A stretch of DNA of 64,000 bases from Pseudomonadota bacterium (GTDB taxonomy: Bacteria > Bdellovibrionota_B > Oligoflexia > Oligoflexales > CAIMVM01), in the NCBI GenBank assembly GCA_037142195.1, contig JBAXBA010000001.1, forward strand, positions 96,001 to 160,000, written 5' to 3'. The notes under the pieces are model-generated. The model had not been told where the DNA came from. It searched no databases and worked only from the letters and a program-made list of their open reading frames with translations. Both the position numbers and the translations under genes were made by a program. Below, piece after piece: positions 58,917-64,000 of the stretch. The first letter of the stretch is position 1. Every line of letters begins with the position of its first letter.

Positions 58917-60158
58917 ATGGTTCACTCAAATAACATTTTTGCTCTCGACCTTGGCACGACTAAATTCTGTCTGCTCTGGCTAGCGCTTGATAGCAATAAG
59001 ACGACCCCCGTCATTCGTAGACTATCCGTTCCCAGCTGTGGCATGAAGCGCGGCATGGTGTCAGACATTTTTGCGGCCACCGAGGCCCTACAAGGGCTTG
59101 TGGATCGAGCCGAAGAAGAATTTGGGGTTGACGTAAGATCCGTCTACACAGGAATTGCTGGCTCTCACCTAAAAAGTACCATTGGTCGCGCTAAGATCGA
59201 CTTGGGAGGGCACCGGGTAAATGAGGAATTCCGTTCTCAAGTGGTCGGGCTTTGCGTGGCAAATCGCGGGGCACAAAGCGGAGAAGTTCTTCACAACATT
59301 CCCCTGTCTTTTCAGATTGATGCCCGTGAGACCGTGGAAAACCCGGATGGCTTTGCCGGAGATATGCTCTCTGCGGAAACCTTTATTATTGAAGCAGATC
59401 GAAACTATGTAAAAGATGTGATCAAACTTTGCAACAATTCAGGTCTGCAAGTTGCGGGACTCTATGCGGAGCCCTACGCCTCAGCTATCGTAACTGTGCC
59501 CGTGATTTACCGCGAAAACGGCGTCCTTATCGCTGACATTGGCGGTGGTACTACTGACGGAATTATCTTTCGTCACGGCAAGCCTGTTAAGCTATTTACC
59601 ATTAATATTGGCGGTAAGCTTTTAACCGCTGATTTAGCGCAGGGGTTGAGGGTTTCGGAAACGACCGCTGAGTCAATAAAGTGTTTAGTGGGGCTTAGTG
59701 GAAAAGATGTTGATCAAAATATTCCTGACCTCGACGGGAATATGATGCCTCTTCCTAGTGCCCGGGCACAGAAGATTTTGGCTGCCCGCACCAAAGAGCT
59801 CTTTGAGCTCATTAAGCAAGATACGGGTGTCTTTTTTTCACTTGCTAAGTCTGGGGTTATTTTTACCGGTGGAGGATGTGCCATGGTAGGCATCGTATCT
59901 TTTGCCCGTGATTTCTTTCAAAGCGCTGTAAAGACTGCAGAAGCCGAAATTCCAGCTTCCGCTCTTAAGGTTCCTGACTCTGCGGATCAAGCCAGTCGCC
60001 CCGAAGAACGCGTAAGAATGGCCTCTCCCTATGCTACAGCATGTGGAATTCTCTATTTAGCTGTAGCCCAAGAGATTCAAAGCTTAAAAAGGCCAGGTTT
60101 GTTTCAATCTCGCAAGTATCTAAAAGCGATTGTAAATTGGATAAAAGAACTCACTTAA
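58917..60158 (+). CDS. ftsA: Cell division protein FtsA
   Basis: ALDLGTTK, DIGGGTTD, IFTGGG, YATACG, amphipathic C-terminal helix. Confidence 0.92.
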   Translation: MVHSNNIFALDLGTTKFCLLWLALDSNKTTPVIRRLSVPSCGMKRGMVSDIFAATEALQGLVDRAEEEFGVDVRSVYTGIAGSHLKSTIGRAKIDLGGHRVNEEFRSQVVGLCVANRGAQSGEVLHNIPLSFQIDARETVENPDGFAGDMLSAETFIIEADRNYVKDVIKLCNNSGLQVAGLYAEPYASAIVTVPVIYRENGVLIADIGGGTTDGIIFRHGKPVKLFTINIGGKLLTADLAQGLRVSETTAESIKCLVGLSGKDVDQNIPDLDGNMMPLPSARAQKILAARTKELFELIKQDTGVFFSLAKSGVIFTGGGCAMVGIVSFARDFFQSAVKTAEAEIPASALKVPDSADQASRPEERVRMASPYATACGILYLAVAQEIQSLKRPGLFQSRKYLKAIVNWIKELT

Positions 60159-60200
60159 ACCCCAATATTTCGCTACGTTATTGCTTTGATTTTGAGTCCA

Positions 60201-60256
60201 AGTCAAACTTTTGACTAGTCATATGTTTGACACATGAAAACATCCAAACGTATAAT
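60201..60256 (+). promoter_or_regulatory. Sigma70 promoter of ftsZ with two tandem palindromic boxes
   Basis: TTGACA (60227-60232)-N18-TATAAT (60251-60256); boxes AGTCAAACTTTTGACT and AGTCATATGTTTGACA. Confidence 0.75.
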
Positions 60257-60297
60257 TTTTATAGAACAACAAAAGCATGTCCAAAGTGGAGACAGCA

Positions 60298-61884
60298 ATG
60301 CAATTTAATCGCGATTTACTTCCTCCTGGTGCGAAAATTAAGGTGATTGGTGTCGGTGGTGGTGGCTCAAATGCCATTAACACGATGATTCGATCCGGCG
60401 TAGAGGGCGTTGAGTTTGCAGTAGCAAACACAGATGTTCAATCTCTTAAAGCCTCCCTATCTGACAAGAAAATTCAGATTGGAAAAGAGCTTACTAGGGG
60501 CCTTGGCGCCGGCGCAGATCCTGACATAGGCCGAGACGCAGCTCTTGAAGATCGACATGAAATTCAAGAAGCTTTGGCTGATGCGGACATGGTGTTTATC
60601 ACCGCAGGCATGGGTGGCGGTACGGGTACTGGCGGCGCTGCTGTCATCGCTCAAATCGCTAAAGAACTTGGTGCACTTACCGTGGGTGTAGTAACTAAGC
60701 CTTTTACTTTTGAGGGTCGACGCCGTCAAAAGCATGGTGAAATTGGTATTGCACGCCTTAGAGAAAATGTCGATACCTTGATTGTCATTCCCAATCAAAG
60801 ACTTTTACAAATTGCCACTCCCCAAATGACGATGCTGGAAGCTTTCCGTTTAGCAGACGATGTCCTCGTCAATGCCGTACGCGGGATTTCTGATATTATA
60901 AATATTCCTGGAACCATCAATGTCGACTTTGCGGACGTCAAGTCGGTCATGAGTTCTATGGGCCAAGCCCTCATGGGCATTGGCCAGGCAACAGGTGAAA
61001 ACCGTGCCGTTGAAGCGGCAACTCAAGCGATTTCTTCCCCACTTCTGGAAGACATTGATATCGAAGGCGCAACGGGCATCTTGATCAATATTACTGCTGG
61101 TCCAGACGTTGGCATTATGGAAATCAATGAAGCATGTTCGGTCATTCAAGAAGCAGCCCATGAAGATGCAAACATCATTTTTGGTGCTGTCATTGATGAG
61201 TCCCTCACAGACGCCATTCGCGTTACTGTTATCGCCACTGGGTTTCCTAACGACAACTACATTGACGAAGACATTTTCAACAGCCAGCGCACGGTACTCG
61301 CCTCTGCCAAGGACGGAATCATGGGACGCAGTCGCCCCATCATCGACAGCCGCCGCTATCCCAGGGTGGGAGCGTCTTCTTCTGCTATCCAAAACACCAG
61401 AGCACGCCAGGCCCAGCAACAGATAAACCGTGAAGAAGCTGCTTCTCAAGCCTCTTCAGATCGCTTTACAACCGAGTCACTTGCACAGATGACTCTTACC
61501 AACATAGCACAAAGCCAAGCTGCCAAAGGTCCTAGTGATTTTTCTCCTCAACCTATGGAAAATATCGCTGCTCCTAAGCAAGAATTTGGGATGGAAATGA
61601 GACCCGACATTCATCCTGCGCCCACCGTTTTTGAACCAAAGTCTGATGCTGCTTCCTTTTTTATGAGTCCTGATGCCGCAAAGATGGAAGTTCATACTCC
61701 TGGATACAGCTCGGGATCAAACCACGCTTCGCAAGCGGATGTCGACTTTGCTGACGAAATCAATCGCTCAATTGATGACGCCTTAAACCTCGCGGACAGC
61801 ATTTCTATGCAAAATCGTGAGTCTATCGACAATCTAGATATCCCCACTTTCTTAAGAAATGAAATTAAGAATTTGAATATCTAA
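60298..61884 (+). CDS. ftsZ: Cell division protein FtsZ with a long C-terminal linker
   Basis: GVGGGGSNA, GMGGGTGTGG, NVDFAD, C-terminal LDIPTFLR; GGAG RBS favours ATG 60298 (alternative 60277). Confidence 0.98.
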   Translation: MQFNRDLLPPGAKIKVIGVGGGGSNAINTMIRSGVEGVEFAVANTDVQSLKASLSDKKIQIGKELTRGLGAGADPDIGRDAALEDRHEIQEALADADMVFITAGMGGGTGTGGAAVIAQIAKELGALTVGVVTKPFTFEGRRRQKHGEIGIARLRENVDTLIVIPNQRLLQIATPQMTMLEAFRLADDVLVNAVRGISDIINIPGTINVDFADVKSVMSSMGQALMGIGQATGENRAVEAATQAISSPLLEDIDIEGATGILINITAGPDVGIMEINEACSVIQEAAHEDANIIFGAVIDESLTDAIRVTVIATGFPNDNYIDEDIFNSQRTVLASAKDGIMGRSRPIIDSRRYPRVGASSSAIQNTRARQAQQQINREEAASQASSDRFTTESLAQMTLTNIAQSQAAKGPSDFSPQPMENIAAPKQEFGMEMRPDIHPAPTVFEPKSDAASFFMSPDAAKMEVHTPGYSSGSNHASQADVDFADEINRSIDDALNLADSISMQNRESIDNLDIPTFLRNEIKNLNI

Positions 61885-61925
61885 ATCTCTCTGGTTTTGT
61901 TGCGATGCTTTTTTGAATCTATATG

Positions 61926-61961
61926 ACGTCTTCAGAAACAAAAATCTGAAGACGTTTTTTT
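61926..61961 (+). terminator. Rho-independent terminator after ftsZ
   Basis: ACGTCTTCAGA / TCTGAAGACGT stem followed by a T-run. Confidence 0.85.
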
Positions 61962-62346
61962 CTTAAAATCTCCATGCGTCATCAATGGGCCGCAGATTTA
62001 GCTGAGTCAAGAAGCGAAGACCCAATTGTTGGATAGAAAACTGATTTAAGTCTTATATGTTGAATAAAATATACATTTCTTTCTTTTGTATCACTATGAC
62101 TTTGCTTCTATGAACGTGAAATAAAGCTTTTTTTGTAATTAAATCGGCGGCTCGGACTGTAATCAGCTCCCCTTATCAATTCCGGCAAGGGAAAGAGCCT
62201 TTTTGAGGTTTTTATTTGGCAAAGAAACACCATTGGCTGATGTGAGCGTTCAGATTATAAAGCTCTGCATAATGGATACCGTCAACTCCATACCCTGCAG
62301 AAGAGTGTAAGATCATTTCCCAAAAATATCTGGGAATAACGACCTT

Positions 62347-64000
62347 TCAAATCTTGCAATCCGTGTAAGGAATAGCCCCTTTACCTGCGAGATTTATCGT
62401 TTTTATCCCATCCGGCTGTAAGGAGCACTTATGCAGTTTATCAATAAGTGAAAAGTCGATGGGTCCCACTGTAGGCTTAAGACCATCGGGCACCGTCCAT
62501 ATGAAGTCTGGTGATTCCATTCGTGAAAATGTTTCCGCCGACTCTTGTACAGAAGTCGCAGCACTTGGTATCACACCCCACTCACCGCCAATAACACGCT
62601 GATTTTTGTCCAGCTCTAAAGTGTAGTTGTAAATACTTTCGGAAGAGAAATCATCTTCGCTGCGGCTGTGTATTGCAGGCGCACTTTCGACGCCATAGGA
62701 AACTTTATTCTGAAGCTGCACTAAAAACATCGTCCCTTTTGCCCGATAGTTTGCAAAGGCGTCATCGACATCCTCTATTCTAACTGGCTCCCCAGGTGCA
62801 CTTAGTGTGCCATTTTTTTTACGAATCCTTTGGTGTGTCAGTGCATACTTGAAGACCGGCTGATTCCAAACTTGGTTAAATCTGTCTTTATCAAATATAA
62901 ATCCGCGTTTTCTATTTTTGATTTGTTCATAAAGAGCCAAATGTAGGGTCATTGGATTGGTATCTCGACACCCAGTATACATGCGAGCCGTCATAGATTT
63001 TGCTTTGGAGTAGTCATTGGCTTTTACCGCTTTTTGGTACTCTACTAACGAAGGAAAGACGCTTAATTGGTAGACTTCCGGGGAAATCCTTGAGCGCACC
63101 AGTCCTACTCGCGACTGGCCAGCTCCTGGTGCGTCACTAAAAACGATCATACCCTTATCTAACTTAGAACTTGTGAGCACTAATTGCTGACCGCCTGACT
63201 GAAGAGTGCAGGAACTCTGAAGTCCACTACAAATAACCCCATCTAAACTGCGGCCCCATTTGTCAACCTCTGTGGTTTCAGATTCACAACGTTGTCCAAC
63301 AAACGTATATTTTGGCGGTTGGTCCGCCCAAACCTTAGTTAGTAGCCCCCTCAAATCGCCCTCTGTAAATAAGATCTGGGCGCCTAATACCTCAACCATT
63401 ACAGCATGTTTAGGGGGTGCTTCGAAAAGTGAGGCAGAAGCCCAACCATGGCAATGCCCCATCCAACCCCAGCTATTGTCATTAAATTGGCCCACAAAGG
63501 AAGCCCAACTCTGCCAGCTTTTTCCTAGCATGAAAAAATCTTTTGACAGCATTTGGGCCGAACTTAGGAAGTTTTGGACGTTGGGCTTTTGCTGTCTTAA
63601 AAGGTTTGTAAAAGCCAATTCATAGTCTTTAGATGCTGCTTCCGATGCATTCGCAGCTGCTTCTAATTGCTTATAAAGCTGCGAAAGGTTGGCATTTATA
63701 ATTTTGCTTTCCTTTTCGATTTGTTCTAACTTCGCTTTGGCACTTAAATCACCAGTTGCTGCTTTAGATCGAAGAGTCGAGGATTCTGCGTCTTTTTCGA
63801 GATATAGAGTTGCAAGTTCAGCGGTCTTATTCTCAATTGCTTTTGACTCCAATTCAATTTTTTTCAGTCTTTTAGATATATCACTCATATTTCGCTGCAA
63901 TGGTAACAAACCCGCTGTTTCCACTCTATTGTCAATTGCCTTTAACGCTTGTCCTAGACCTGGGCTGAAAACACCTTGGTTTTTAACAAGATCATATTTT
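62347..64000 (-). CDS. Transglutaminase elicitor (GP42-like) family protein, 5' end beyond the window
   Basis: WMGHCHGWASASL (catalytic Cys), CRDTNP, QVWNQPV, YNYTLELD, IGGEW, PDFIW; the frame stays open to position 64000 (KYDLVKNQ...). Confidence 0.8.
   Translation of the reverse strand, partial: KYDLVKNQGVFSPGLGQALKAIDNRVETAGLLPLQRNMSDISKRLKKIELESKAIENKTAELATLYLEKDAESSTLRSKAATGDLSAKAKLEQIEKESKIINANLSQLYKQLEAAANASEAASKDYELAFTNLLRQQKPNVQNFLSSAQMLSKDFFMLGKSWQSWASFVGQFNDNSWGWMGHCHGWASASLFEAPPKHAVMVEVLGAQILFTEGDLRGLLTKVWADQPPKYTFVGQRCESETTEVDKWGRSLDGVICSGLQSSCTLQSGGQQLVLTSSKLDKGMIVFSDAPGAGQSRVGLVRSRISPEVYQLSVFPSLVEYQKAVKANDYSKAKSMTARMYTGCRDTNPMTLHLALYEQIKNRKRGFIFDKDRFNQVWNQPVFKYALTHQRIRKKNGTLSAPGEPVRIEDVDDAFANYRAKGTMFLVQLQNKVSYGVESAPAIHSRSEDDFSSESIYNYTLELDKNQRVIGGEWGVIPSAATSVQESAETFSRMESPDFIWTVPDGLKPTVGPIDFSLIDKLHKCSLQPDGIKTINLAGKGAIPYTDCKI

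Noticed and set aside
60850..61449. 199-aa antisense ORF within ftsZ
   Set aside because: Antisense shadow of a highly conserved gene
62140..62340. Weak hairpins and 34-41 codon ORFs between ftsZ and the transglutaminase gene
   Set aside because: The stems are short and interrupted, with no riboswitch signature and no RBS-supported ORF
1..64000. Mobile elements, prophage, CRISPR arrays, tRNA/rRNA genes, defence systems
   Set aside because: No transposase, integrase, reverse transcriptase, cas gene, spaced direct repeats or cloverleaf seen by eye

Overview
Bacterial chromosomal window of moderate GC, densely coding, mostly housekeeping genes. The gene content suggests Bdellovibrionota/Oligoflexia or a related deltaproteobacteria-like lineage (inference from the three-subunit SdhCAB, RpoH, Agl-Glt-like genes, transglutaminase-elicitor protein and fadIJ). 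In order: valS (runs off the left edge), class III aminotransferase, queE, lipoate-ligase-like gene, lipoprotein aminopeptidase, an unannotated ~280-nt highly structured RNA candidate (6608-6891), glpD-like, PilZ, fadI-fadJ, a gliding-motility-type module (CglF/GltF-like gene divergent from FHA-GAF-HD-GYP, MotA/TolQ, two ExbD-like genes, AgmX/GltG-like gene, then rnj and an MqnB-like gene) with back-to-back sigma28-type promoters, PP2C, M23, secA, rph-purF-sdhBAC-M16-OMP-yajC on the minus strand, cytochrome c, S8 protease, Rep/UvrD, rpoH, DAGK-amgK-murU, a LysM lipoprotein, a reduced dcw cluster (no mraZ, murF, murG, murB or ddl) ending in ftsZ with its own promoter and tandem operator-like boxes, and a transglutaminase-elicitor protein running off the right edge. 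I saw no tRNA, rRNA, CRISPR array or mobile element. The best novelty candidates are the structured RNA and the motor module, in which both ExbD-like subunits lack the canonical transmembrane Asp while the TolQ-like subunit carries an unusual transmembrane Asp. All calls come from motif recognition by eye; no database search or folding program was run.
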